A stretch of DNA of 64,000 bases from Candidatus Woesebacteria bacterium (GCA_050115675.1 JASFQB010000005.1:22556-86555), one strand, 5' to 3'; counted from the stretch's first letter, positions 28,237 to 36,178 are shown. Notes: generated from the letters alone by a model not told the origin. Numbers and translations: made by a program.

Positions 28237-29835
28237 CTATCCAACCTCTGCCATCTCGACAGTCGCCACCCACCGGATGGTTTTCGCGGCTTCGCCGGTG
28301 ACAGTGATTGCGAGTCTGTTGTTGGTGCTGTCGGCGGTGACAGCGACGGTCCAGGTGGTGGCTCCGGCGTCGCACATGGTGGTGGTGCCGGTGCCGGTAG
28401 GGGTGCCGAGGAGTCTGCAGTTGCCGGTAGCGTCGCGGGTGATGGCGGCGTGGATGGGTGCCCATGCGGCGGCGGTGCCGGAGACGTCGGTGCGGTGAGC
28501 GGCGACGCGGATGGTGCATGCCATGGTGCGGGTTGCTGCGATGGTGATGTAGCCGCTGGTGGCGCCGTCGGCGGATAGCTCGGTGCCGGTGGCGTCGGTG
28601 GTGGTGATGCGGAGGACATCGACGACGTGTCGGGCGTCACCGGCGGTGGTGAAGTGCCCGTTCGAGGTGGCGTGTTGGCCGTATCTGTCTGCTTTTGCGT
28701 AGCTGCCGAGTGCGGTCGATGAGTCGCCGGACGCGGAGGCAGAGTTTCCGAGTGCGGTTGCGTAGTCGGCTGATGCGGTGGCCGATCTGCCTACGGCGGT
28801 CGCGGAGTCGCTGGCGGAGGCTGCGTATCCGACGGCAATCGAGGAGGAGCCGGATGCGGAGGCCGACCGGCCGACGGCGGTCGCGACAGTGCCGGACGCG
28901 GAGGCTGATTGTCCGACGGCAGTCGCATAGGAGCCAGCGGAGGCCGACCGGCCGACGGCTGTGGCGTAGTTGCCGGACGCGGAGGCTGATTGTCCGACGG
29001 CAGTCGCATAGGAGCCAGCGGAGGCCGACCGGCCGAGGGCGGTCGCGGATGTATTTATCGCAGAAGACAAAACCCCCACCGCCACAGAATTATTCCCACT
29101 AGCCACCGACGAAACCCCCAATGCCAAAGCGTCCGTCCCGGTAGCCGAACCGCCCGCACCAGGCGGCAAAGCCCAAGTACTATCGCCGCGCAAAAACGTA
29201 GTTCCGTCTGCCGTGCCCGTTCCAAGCCTGGCGGTATTCATCGTGCCAGATGTAATGTCCGCCGTACTGTGACCGTGATCTCCTGCGGCGGCCTGTTGCG
29301 CGCCCGTGCCCAAAGTACGAAGCGACGGCGTAGCCGTTGTGCCGTCTACCGAACCAGCTGCCATGTTGGCAGAAGTTAAACCCGTAAGAGCATCCGAACC
29401 TCCTGGCGCATGACTAGACGCGTGGGCCGTGGGAGTCCTGGCGTCCGAAAGTCGTGCATCATCGCCCTGGGCTGCACTGCCAGACGTAGTGCCATAAACA
29501 ACCGCCAATGTTACATCCGAATTCAGCGCTCCGCCACCCGTCAAACCAGTGCCAGCGACAACTTGTCTGGTGGACTGCACTGCGCCAGTTATGCGACTGT
29601 CATCTCCGGCGGCAACCGTGCCGCTTGTACTGCCCACGTTTTTAGTTGCAGAATCGCCCAAATCTGTAACATCCGAAGCTGTATGATGATGAATTACGTC
29701 TGCCTTAGAAGAGAGTGCACTAGATTTTAGAGAGCCGTCAGAATTATGCGTAACCAGTAAAAAATCGTTAAGGATATCACCCCAAAGACCGTCATCAGAA
29801 CCGGAAACTGGAAGCCTGGACACTCTGCCCCCCAA
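28237..29835 (-). CDS. Tail-fibre / trimeric-adhesin-like protein, compositionally chimeric (GC-rich body)
   Basis: 532-aa ORF; the likely true start is GTG 29823, giving 'MSRLPVSGSDDGLWGDILNDFLLVTHNSDGSLK'. Fibre motifs 'AAGDDSRITGA', 'AQGDDARLSDA', 'AAGDHGHSTADITSG', 'FLRGDSTWALP'. YadA-head/Hep_Hag-like repeats 'SASASGNYATAVGRSASAGSYATAVGQ'. High GC3. Confidence 0.75.
   Translation of the reverse strand: MGGRVSRLPVSGSDDGLWGDILNDFLLVTHNSDGSLKSSALSSKADVIHHHTASDVTDLGDSATKNVGSTSGTVAAGDDSRITGAVQSTRQVVAGTGLTGGGALNSDVTLAVVYGTTSGSAAQGDDARLSDARTPTAHASSHAPGGSDALTGLTSANMAAGSVDGTTATPSLRTLGTGAQQAAAGDHGHSTADITSGTMNTARLGTGTADGTTFLRGDSTWALPPGAGGSATGTDALALGVSSVASGNNSVAVGVLSSAINTSATALGRSASAGSYATAVGQSASASGNYATAVGRSASAGSYATAVGQSASASGTVATAVGRSASASGSSSIAVGYAASASDSATAVGRSATASADYATALGNSASASGDSSTALGSYAKADRYGQHATSNGHFTTAGDARHVVDVLRITTTDATGTELSADGATSGYITIAATRTMACTIRVAAHRTDVSGTAAAWAPIHAAITRDATGNCRLLGTPTGTGTTTMCDAGATTWTVAVTADSTNNRLAITVTGEAAKTIRWVATVEMAEVG
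28891..29036. repeat. Intragenic tandem duplication, 81-bp period (27 codons)
   Basis: 65-nt string gccggacgcggaggctgattgtccgacggcagtcgcataggagccagcggaggccgaccggccga occurs identically at 28891-28955 and 28972-29036. Confidence 0.9.
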
Positions 29836-29969
29836 TTAGTGTTTTATGTTACTTTTGATTATAACTACATCCCTCACAAAACAAAACCCCTGCAGGGTCG
29901 AGCGTTGCAAAGTAGTCGTCTAGAGTTTCGGCGCGGCGGATCTGTACAACTTTTTGTTATGATAAATAT

Positions 29970-30299
29970 ATGGATTTTGATTTACTGCAAAAAAGGGCTT
30001 TAGAAATTCGAGACAAATACGACAGGCTAAACCAAGAAAAGCGTGGGGTTGTATGGAACGAGCAACAGCTTATGGCTGGTTTTGTTGGAGATGTCGGAGA
30101 TCTCTCAAAAATCGTTATGGCAAAGCACGGGCTGCGTGCTATGGACAACGTTGACGAAAGGCTTGCTCACGAGCTTAGCGACTGTCTTTGGTCTGTGTTG
30201 GTTATGGCTGGTAAATATAATATTAATTTGTCAGAGGAATTTATTAAAACCATGGACGAATTAGACGAGCGAATCGATTTTGATATGTCTAAAACTTAA
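29970..30299 (+). CDS. MazG-like nucleotide pyrophosphohydrolase (small all-alpha NTP-PPase)
   Basis: 109 aa; 'AGFVGDVGDLSKIV' and 'LAHELSDCLWSVLVMAGKYNINLSEEFIKTMDEL' resemble the EExxE/D helical MazG-type core. Confidence 0.6.
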   Translation: MDFDLLQKRALEIRDKYDRLNQEKRGVVWNEQQLMAGFVGDVGDLSKIVMAKHGLRAMDNVDERLAHELSDCLWSVLVMAGKYNINLSEEFIKTMDELDERIDFDMSKT

Positions 30300-30325
30300 C
30301 AAGAAGTACTGTTTGGTATTATCAT

Positions 30326-30820
30326 TTGTTCATGGGCTCTATGAAGAAACTTCCGCCAGACACCCTTCGAAGGCACAAGGGGGTGAGCTTTACGGGCATA
30401 GCAACGACTTTTTGGTGTCACAATGGCAGAGGACGACTTTTGCTATCTAGACGTAGCATGGGTGCGCGTGATGAATGTGGAACGTGGGAGCCTGGCACTG
30501 GAGGTCTCAGACACGGCCAGTCGTTAGTAGACAATGTTCGCAGAGAACTAAAAGAAGAATACAATACAGATCCGTTGACAATCGATTTCATTGGCTATCG
30601 CGATGTGTTCAGAAATCTCAATAATGGAACACTAACACACTGGTTGGCAATGGATTTTGCAGTTATTGTTGATCCTAGCAAGGTTCGCATAAATGAGCCA
30701 GAAAAAATCGATGCTTTGGGCTGGTTCGCGCTTGATAAACTTCCTAGTCCGCTTCATTCGCAATTTGCGTACTTCTTAATGTTGCACGGCGACAAGCTAA
30801 GGGCGCACATGAAAGTTTAA
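30326..30820 (+). CDS. NUDIX-family hydrolase (divergent Nudix box)
   Basis: 'GGLRHGQSLVDNVRRELKEEYN' approximates GX5EX7REUXEEXGU. 164 aa. The start is ambiguous (TTG 30326, ATG 30332 or 30341). Confidence 0.55.
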   Translation: MFMGSMKKLPPDTLRRHKGVSFTGIATTFWCHNGRGRLLLSRRSMGARDECGTWEPGTGGLRHGQSLVDNVRRELKEEYNTDPLTIDFIGYRDVFRNLNNGTLTHWLAMDFAVIVDPSKVRINEPEKIDALGWFALDKLPSPLHSQFAYFLMLHGDKLRAHMKV

Positions 30821-30823
30821 AAA

Positions 30824-30860
30824 ATGCCTCGCCTTAAACACTGGTATTAGGGCGAGGCAT
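30824..30860 (+). terminator. Hairpin terminator
   Basis: 10-bp perfect stem atgcctcgcc/ggcgaggcat, with a weak U-tract. Confidence 0.55.
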
Positions 30861-30920
30861 TTGCCACTTTAAAACTGATGACATACAATTAAAGCATAAA
30901 GATTAATCTTGGTTTTATAA

Positions 30921-31454
30921 ATGACAAAATATTTTGATGGCCAACATGATGACGAAGAAGTGCTTTTTACGTTTAGGCGTCACCCAATTGCAATGCGCAA
31001 AGGTTTTTATCTACTCTTAGTGCCATTTGTAATAGCCTCTCTTCCTACATTATTTTGGCCAGAAAATTTAAATAATTTATACGTCGCCTTTGGTGGATTG
31101 GCTTTGGGTATAGTGCTGTTTTTTTATCATTGGATGGGTTGGTACTTTAGTGTTTTTATTGTTACGGATCAGCGAATGCGTCAGGTGACTCAAAAAGGGT
31201 TTTTTAACAGAAGTGTCATTGATGTAGGTGTATCAAAGATCCAAAATATTAGCTATAATGTACCTGGATTCACTGCTTCGATTTTTGGCTTTGGGAACCT
31301 AGTGATACAAACCTACGTTGGTGATTTGTATCTTGATAAAATCGAACATCCAACAAAAACTTTTGATAATTTGTTAAAAGTTTTAAAAGATTATGGTGGC
31401 AGCGAAGTTAATGTAGGTAATTATGAAGAAGCTATTCAACAAGATCAGTCGTAA
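30921..31454 (+). CDS. Membrane protein with bacterial PH (bPH_2/YdbS-like) domain
   Basis: 'EEVLFTFRRHPIAMRK', two TM helices, then a 'VFIVTDQRMRQV' PH-like core. Confidence 0.5.
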   Translation: MTKYFDGQHDDEEVLFTFRRHPIAMRKGFYLLLVPFVIASLPTLFWPENLNNLYVAFGGLALGIVLFFYHWMGWYFSVFIVTDQRMRQVTQKGFFNRSVIDVGVSKIQNISYNVPGFTASIFGFGNLVIQTYVGDLYLDKIEHPTKTFDNLLKVLKDYGGSEVNVGNYEEAIQQDQS

Positions 31455-32490
31455 TCACAGGCAGCAGCCTCAACAGCCAGGAAGCTCGTCTTTAAGGATT
31501 ACAAACGAAACCGTGGCAGAGCATCGCGAGCGCGTTTTAGCTGGTGGGCGTAAGTTTAAATATCCCTTGCAGTACACAAAGCATCGCGTTGTAGTTGTAA
31601 CGGCAATTATTGTCTTTGCAATTGCAATTCTTGCGTCTGCAATAGGGGGGTGGCAGCTATATTCTGTGCAAAACGCAAGCAAGTTTATGCTTCGTGTTAC
31701 TCAAGTACTGCCAGTGCCAGTGGCCGAAGTTGATGGGGCTCAGGTTAGGTATAGCGACTACCTGTTGAATCTTCGTAGCTCGTTGCATTATTTATCTACA
31801 AAAGAGGCCGTAAACTTTTCTTCTGATGATGGTAAGCGCCAGCTTGACTATCAAAAGCGTCTTGCATTAAACAAGGCGATAGAAAACGCATATATTCAAA
31901 AAATAGCCGAGCAGCAGGGTGTCAATGTATCTCAAGACGAATTAGATACATACATAGACAAAGAAATAACAAACAATCCTTACGGGGTCACAAAAGAGAT
32001 GTATCAGCAAGTTGTTGGCGATTATTATGATTGGACGTTTGATGATTATAAGAACTCTGTGCGCGAGCAATTATTGCGCAAAAAGTTAGCTGCAAAAATT
32101 GATGTAGAGGGGCGTCAGCAAATTCAAGCCGCATGGGACGCTCTAAATGCAACTGCAGATTTTGCTGAAACTGCAAAAGGACAGTCAGAAGATGTTGCCA
32201 GTGCCGTTAACGGTGGCGACGTGGGATACGTAAGTATGAATGTTGACGATCCAAGCGGTTTGATCGTAGCCGCAGAAGGTCTTGAGCCTGGTCAATTCTC
32301 TGGTGTTATAGAAGGCGTAGATGGATTTTATATTATAAAAGTTTACGACAAGCGCGAAAAAGACATACACTTCGCAAAGATATTTGTGTCATATAAAACT
32401 TTAAACCAGCAAATAGCACAGCTAAAAGTTGACGGCAAAGTTAAAGAGTATATTTCAGTCCCAGAGACCGTCCAATCTACTAATCAGTAG
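31423..32490 (+). CDS. Membrane-anchored parvulin-type peptidyl-prolyl isomerase (PrsA/SurA-like)
   Basis: N-terminal TM helix, chaperone-like helical region, and C-terminal PpiC motif 'GGDVGYVS....G.FSGVIEGVDGFYIIKV'. Confidence 0.7.
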   Translation: MKKLFNKISRNHRQQPQQPGSSSLRITNETVAEHRERVLAGGRKFKYPLQYTKHRVVVVTAIIVFAIAILASAIGGWQLYSVQNASKFMLRVTQVLPVPVAEVDGAQVRYSDYLLNLRSSLHYLSTKEAVNFSSDDGKRQLDYQKRLALNKAIENAYIQKIAEQQGVNVSQDELDTYIDKEITNNPYGVTKEMYQQVVGDYYDWTFDDYKNSVREQLLRKKLAAKIDVEGRQQIQAAWDALNATADFAETAKGQSEDVASAVNGGDVGYVSMNVDDPSGLIVAAEGLEPGQFSGVIEGVDGFYIIKVYDKREKDIHFAKIFVSYKTLNQQIAQLKVDGKVKEYISVPETVQSTNQ

Positions 32491-32506
32491 AAAATGATAT
32501 AAATAC

Positions 32507-32531
32507 AAAAAGCGACGTAAAGTCGCTTTTT
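32507..32531. terminator. Bidirectional terminator
   Basis: aaaaagcgac/gtcgcttttt stem with A/T runs on both sides, between the PPIase gene (+) and tRNA-Asp (-). Confidence 0.7.
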
Positions 32532-32547
32532 CGAAAGTATAATTACC

Positions 32548-32625
32548 TGGCGGGCCCGACCGGATTCGAACCGGCGATCTCCTCCGTGACAGGGAGGCGT
32601 GATAGGCCAACTTCACTACGAGCCC
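32548..32625 (-). tRNA. tRNA-Asp (anticodon GTC)
   Basis: Reverse complement folds as a cloverleaf: gggctcg acceptor, anticodon stem cctcc/ggagg with loop ctGTCac, T loop ttcgaat, CCA encoded. Confidence 0.85.
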
Positions 32626-32710
32626 AAGACTAGCTTATTTTAGCAATTTTTTTAATAGATTACAAGGTGCGATAAATATTTTTTAGAGGTGGCGTAAATA
32701 GGGGGTTATT

Positions 32711-32719
32711 TGCTATAAT
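32711..32719 (+). promoter_or_regulatory. Extended -10 element TGcTATAAT upstream of the tRNA-Thr/Gly pair
   Basis: TGCTATAAT lies 15 nt upstream of the tRNA-Thr 5' end. Confidence 0.45.
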
Positions 32720-32733
32720 TACTGCTGTTATGT

Positions 32734-32809
32734 GCCGATGTAGCTCAGCTGGTAGAGCAGTGCTTTCGTAAAGCAAAGGTCGGCGGTTCAAGTCCGCCCA
32801 TCGGCTCCA
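32734..32809 (+). tRNA. tRNA-Thr (anticodon CGT)
   Basis: Acceptor gccgatg/catcggc, anticodon loop ttCGTaa, T arm ggcgg-ttcaagt-ccgcc, CCA encoded. Confidence 0.85.
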
Positions 32810-32812
32810 TAT

Positions 32813-32886
32813 GCGAGATTAGTATAATGGTAGTACGCTTGCTTCCCAAGCAAGAGGCGCGAGTTCGATTCTCGCATTTCGCACCA
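32813..32886 (+). tRNA. tRNA-Gly (anticodon CCC)
   Basis: Acceptor gcgagat/atttcgc, anticodon stem cttgc/gcaag with loop ttCCCaa, T arm gcgag-ttcgatt-ctcgc, CCA encoded. Lies 3 nt after tRNA-Thr. Confidence 0.85.
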
Positions 32887-32947
32887 TTTTTGTAGCCCAA
32901 AGCGGCATGTTGGTTTATACTTATATTCAGATAGATAAAAATACCTT

Positions 32948-33319
32948 ATGTTTAAGAAGAAAGAACTTGTAATTTTTTTTAGAGACAGACTTGCTATGTT
33001 GCTTATGGCTGGATTCTTTTTGAGCGTATTGGCTCTAATAACAATGACCTTTTTTAGTGTTCATATAAGCGATGTGCAATTGCCAAATCGCTACTCTGAT
33101 TATGGTTTCACAAATCTTTACAGGGGTAAATGGTATTCGTTAACATTATTTGCGCTTTTTGGCCTTGTGATTTTTTCTATAAACGGATATCTGTCTGTTA
33201 AGCTGCGCGAAGAAAGGCGAGCTTTGTCCCTGAGTATATTAAGTGTTAGCTTAGTAATAATGACATTCACAATAGTGATAGCTGCTAAAGTGTTTGGTTT
33301 GGCGGCGTTTTCTTTATGA
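32948..33319 (+). CDS. Small polytopic membrane protein coupled to the GT2 synthase
   Basis: 123 aa with 3-4 TM helices. The stop overlaps the next start (ATGA). Confidence 0.5.
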   Translation: MFKKKELVIFFRDRLAMLLMAGFFLSVLALITMTFFSVHISDVQLPNRYSDYGFTNLYRGKWYSLTLFALFGLVIFSINGYLSVKLREERRALSLSILSVSLVIMTFTIVIAAKVFGLAAFSL

Positions 33320-34941
33320 CGGACCTAGAAATTCCAGTTGGCAAGCGTACAGCAATGTACAGATTTTTTGAGATACTGCCAGCGGTTCTTAGTTACTCAA
33401 TATTGCTGTTGCCAATAATTTTAAGCATAATAAATCCGTTTGTAGCATCTATCTTTATCTTGGCGTATGTTATTATGTGGTTTGTAAAAGCTATTGCAAT
33501 GGCATTTAGAACAGTTCAAGGCTACAACTGCATGCAGGATGCACGCAAGGTCGATTGGCGAAAGCGCCTCGACGATCTTGAGGATGTTGATCTGGCCTTA
33601 CATCATCATCACCAAATGAAAGATCCAAAATCTTGGCATGAAAACAATCATTATAAAATTCTATGCTCAATTGCAGCTAGTCGCGAGCAATATTACAAGC
33701 CAAGCGAGGTTTACAATGCTGTGATTGTGCCTGTATACAAAGAGCCAGAAGATGTGGTCGTGCCTACTATTGATTCGATTGTCGATAGTCATTACGATTC
33801 AAGAAAACACACAATATTAATATTTGCTTACGAAGAGCGAGTAGGCAGGCCAGCTGAAGACTTAGCCAATGGTATGTTAAACAAGTATAAAGATAAATTT
33901 TATCACATGGCTATCACCAAACACCCCGACGGCATCCCTAACGAGGTTGTAGGTAAGGGCGGAAACATTACGTTTGCAGCGCAATGGCTAAAGGTATTCC
34001 TTGAAGAAAAAGGCATTGATCCAGATAAGGTTATCGTAACTACGTTAGACGCGGACAATCGCCCAGATCCGTCATTTTTGCCATACCTGACTTACGAGTA
34101 CATAATCGACCCCAATCACAGACATCGCGCCTACCAACCCGTGTCTTTATATATGAATAACATTTGGGATGTTCCTGCTCCAATGCGTGTTTTGGCAACA
34201 GGTAACTCATTTTGGACTATAATTAATGCTCAACGTCCTCACATGCTGCGGAACTTCTCGTCGCACGCACAAGGAATGGCGTCTCTTATCGATACGGATT
34301 TTTGGAGTGTTCGCACAATTGTTGAAGACGGACACCAATACTGGAGAAGCTATTTTAGATTTGATGGCGACTACGAAGTAACGCCAATTTATGTACCAAT
34401 TTACCAAGATGCGGTGTTAGATGTAACATACTGGAAGACTATAAAAGCACAATTTGTTCAACTGCGAAGGTGGGCGTACGGAGCCTCTGACGTTGCCTAT
34501 GTTGCCGATAAAGGTTTTAGGCGAGATAGCAAAATTCCGTTTTTCTCATTTTTTGGACGCTTTTTGCGATTACTCGAAAGTCATGTAAGTTGGGCTACGG
34601 CCTCAGTTATTATTGCTCTTGGCGCCTGGGCTCCATTGTTTATAAATAGTAACGCCAGTCATAGTATTGTTGCACATGAGCTGCCGCAAATAGCCAGTCA
34701 GCTACAGCAAATTGCCATGATAGGTCTATTTATAACAGTATTTTTGGCATTTAAAATGCTACCACCGCGTCCGGCACGATATAAAAGACATCGCAACATA
34801 TTAATGCTTGCGCAGTGGGCGATAATGCCCATTACTAGCATTGCCTATGGTTCGGCAGCCGCATTTTATTCGCAAACACGTTTGATGCTTGGAAAATACT
34901 TAGACAAGTTTGACGTAACAGTTAAAACTGTTAAAAAATAG
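33316..34941 (+). CDS. Membrane-embedded processive family-2 glycosyltransferase (cellulose/chitin-synthase-like)
   Basis: 'VIVPVYKEPEDVV', 'TLDADNRP' (DxD) and 'QLRRWAYG' (QxxRW), with TM helices at both ends. Confidence 0.75.
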   Translation: MTDLEIPVGKRTAMYRFFEILPAVLSYSILLLPIILSIINPFVASIFILAYVIMWFVKAIAMAFRTVQGYNCMQDARKVDWRKRLDDLEDVDLALHHHHQMKDPKSWHENNHYKILCSIAASREQYYKPSEVYNAVIVPVYKEPEDVVVPTIDSIVDSHYDSRKHTILIFAYEERVGRPAEDLANGMLNKYKDKFYHMAITKHPDGIPNEVVGKGGNITFAAQWLKVFLEEKGIDPDKVIVTTLDADNRPDPSFLPYLTYEYIIDPNHRHRAYQPVSLYMNNIWDVPAPMRVLATGNSFWTIINAQRPHMLRNFSSHAQGMASLIDTDFWSVRTIVEDGHQYWRSYFRFDGDYEVTPIYVPIYQDAVLDVTYWKTIKAQFVQLRRWAYGASDVAYVADKGFRRDSKIPFFSFFGRFLRLLESHVSWATASVIIALGAWAPLFINSNASHSIVAHELPQIASQLQQIAMIGLFITVFLAFKMLPPRPARYKRHRNILMLAQWAIMPITSIAYGSAAAFYSQTRLMLGKYLDKFDVTVKTVKK

Positions 34942-34954
34942 ATAAATATCAAAT

Positions 34955-35407
34955 TTACTTGAGACGTCTCTTAATTGTGCAAGCGTCTACTGCTGTATTT
35001 GTATAATTGGTTAGATATTTAATAAAGGCTGCTGAATCAAAATTTTTTAACACATCAAGACAAATATCTTTTATCTCGTTCGTAGTTACGATACATTTAC
35101 TGTTGGCGGTTTGTATTAATTTTTGCTCAACCGTCTCACTAAGCCAAAAAGCGTCATCAGTGTTAGCGCGATGATCGCAGGCTTTTGCTATACTCAAAAA
35201 AAGAGTAGTTTTAGAAAAAGGTAAAGTTTTTTTAAAGCTTGCGTCTGTAGCAACGCGCAAAAAACTTGAAGCCTCGATTAGCTCGTAGGTCGTAAATTCT
35301 TTGCTGCATGCTTGGCAGCGATGCCTGCGCCAAGTTGAATTAAGTTTTTTTGTGTTTCTGGAGTTATAAATTGTTGTCTTCTTGTTAAGGCAAAATGGAC
35401 ATATCAT
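34955..35407 (-). CDS. nrdR: Transcriptional repressor NrdR (zinc ribbon + ATP-cone)
   Basis: 'MICPFCLNKKTTIYNSR...RRHRCQACSKEFTTYE' followed by an ATP-cone-length C-terminus. Confidence 0.8.
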   Translation of the reverse strand: MICPFCLNKKTTIYNSRNTKKLNSTWRRHRCQACSKEFTTYELIEASSFLRVATDASFKKTLPFSKTTLFLSIAKACDHRANTDDAFWLSETVEQKLIQTANSKCIVTTNEIKDICLDVLKNFDSAAFIKYLTNYTNTAVDACTIKRRLK

Positions 35408-35517
35408 GTCTATATATTGTCATTGCGCTATAAAAAAGTCCAGTGGAAAAGTTAAAAAAATGAGTAAAACTAAAGCACTCCCCATAAGGGGAGTGCTGAT
35501 GAAAATCATTACTTGTA

Positions 35518-35664
35518 TTATCCGCGAGAGGCAACGTGTCGTTGTGGTTGTTTAACTTTTCGCGACTGCTTGTCTACTATTGTGCGGCTATCATCCGTAT
35601 GCTCGTAAAATATTTTAAATTTTTCAAGCTCAGATGTCTTTTTGGGTTGGTTGTTACTATTCAT
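35518..35664 (-). CDS. Possible 48-aa small basic protein (below the ORF-track cutoff)
   Basis: ATG..TAA frame 'MNSNNQPKKTSELEKFKIFYEHTDDSRTIVDKQSRKVKQPQRHVASRG', followed on its strand by the hairpin gcactcccc/ggggagtgc (35475-35496) and a T-rich tract. No SD. Confidence 0.25.
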   Translation of the reverse strand: MNSNNQPKKTSELEKFKIFYEHTDDSRTIVDKQSRKVKQPQRHVASRG

Positions 35665-35770
35665 AACATTTTTATATTAGCATAAACTTTATAAAAAGGC
35701 AATAGCGTGGCATTTATGTGTAAGTGTAGTATTATTTAACAGGTTAGTTTTGATCTAGAAGGGAAGGGTC

Positions 35771-35962
35771 ATGGCTTTAGTTGCTAGGACTGTTAATGCC
35801 AGGCAAGTGTTAGCAGGGTGGTATATAAAAGATTGTGGCAAATTTCAAAGAGTTGTGGCTGTTTCAAGAACAGATCGTGGATACATTTCTATTTGCCTAG
35901 AGAACAATGTAGTTTACGAGTATAGCCCCACCAGACACGTAGTGGCCTATGTTGAGAGCTAA
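35771..35962 (+). CDS. Hypothetical small protein (63 aa)
   Basis: ORF preceded by GAAGGGAAGGG 3 nt upstream of the ATG. No family recognised. Confidence 0.4.
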   Translation: MALVARTVNARQVLAGWYIKDCGKFQRVVAVSRTDRGYISICLENNVVYEYSPTRHVVAYVES

Positions 35963-36141
35963 CAAGCAAATGGGTACATGGCAATTGTCGGACAGATCGT
36001 CATGTACCCTATACCATAGATGGTTTAAATCATTAGACATAAACGAAGACTTTATACTATGAATGATATATTTTTGTAAAAAATGCCCAATATTTTATGT
36101 GGAAAACTTTTTGCCAATTGTTGATAAGTTTTTGCCAAAGC

Positions 36142-36174
36142 AAAAACCCCACAAGTCATGTCTGTGAGGTTTTT
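36142..36174. terminator. Hairpin terminator downstream of tRNA-Val
   Basis: aaaaacc(c)caca / tgtg(a)ggttttt with A/T runs on both sides, directly 3' of the minus-strand tRNA. Confidence 0.55.
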
Positions 36175-36178
36175 ACCT

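Larger units (their letters stand above)
27165..29950. mobile_element. Degraded integrated element / genomic islet at the 3' side of tRNA-Arg
   Basis: Starts at the tRNA 3' end and contains the recombinase remnant (sample about 50% GC) and the 65-77% GC fibre-like gene. The right boundary is set only by the return to native composition near 29950. No att direct repeat was found. Confidence 0.5.

Noticed and set aside
28173-29730. Seven additional ORFs in the track overlapping the GC-rich gene on both strands (28173-28640, 28220-28519, 28277-28498, 28695-29102, 28791-29009, 28990-29379, 29410-29730). They give P/A/R/S-rich translations.
   Set aside because: These are typical shadow ORFs of high-GC DNA, where stop codons are rare in all frames. 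Their translations are low-complexity (poly-P/R/S). The 532-aa frame alone has coherent domain motifs and GC3 bias.
29836-30920. Search for a direct repeat of the tRNA-Arg 3' end (…ggttcgaatccctcccggggtacca) that would mark attR of the islet.
   Set aside because: No convincing match was seen by eye at 28090-28236, 29836-29969 or 30860-30920. The right boundary of the element therefore remains undefined.
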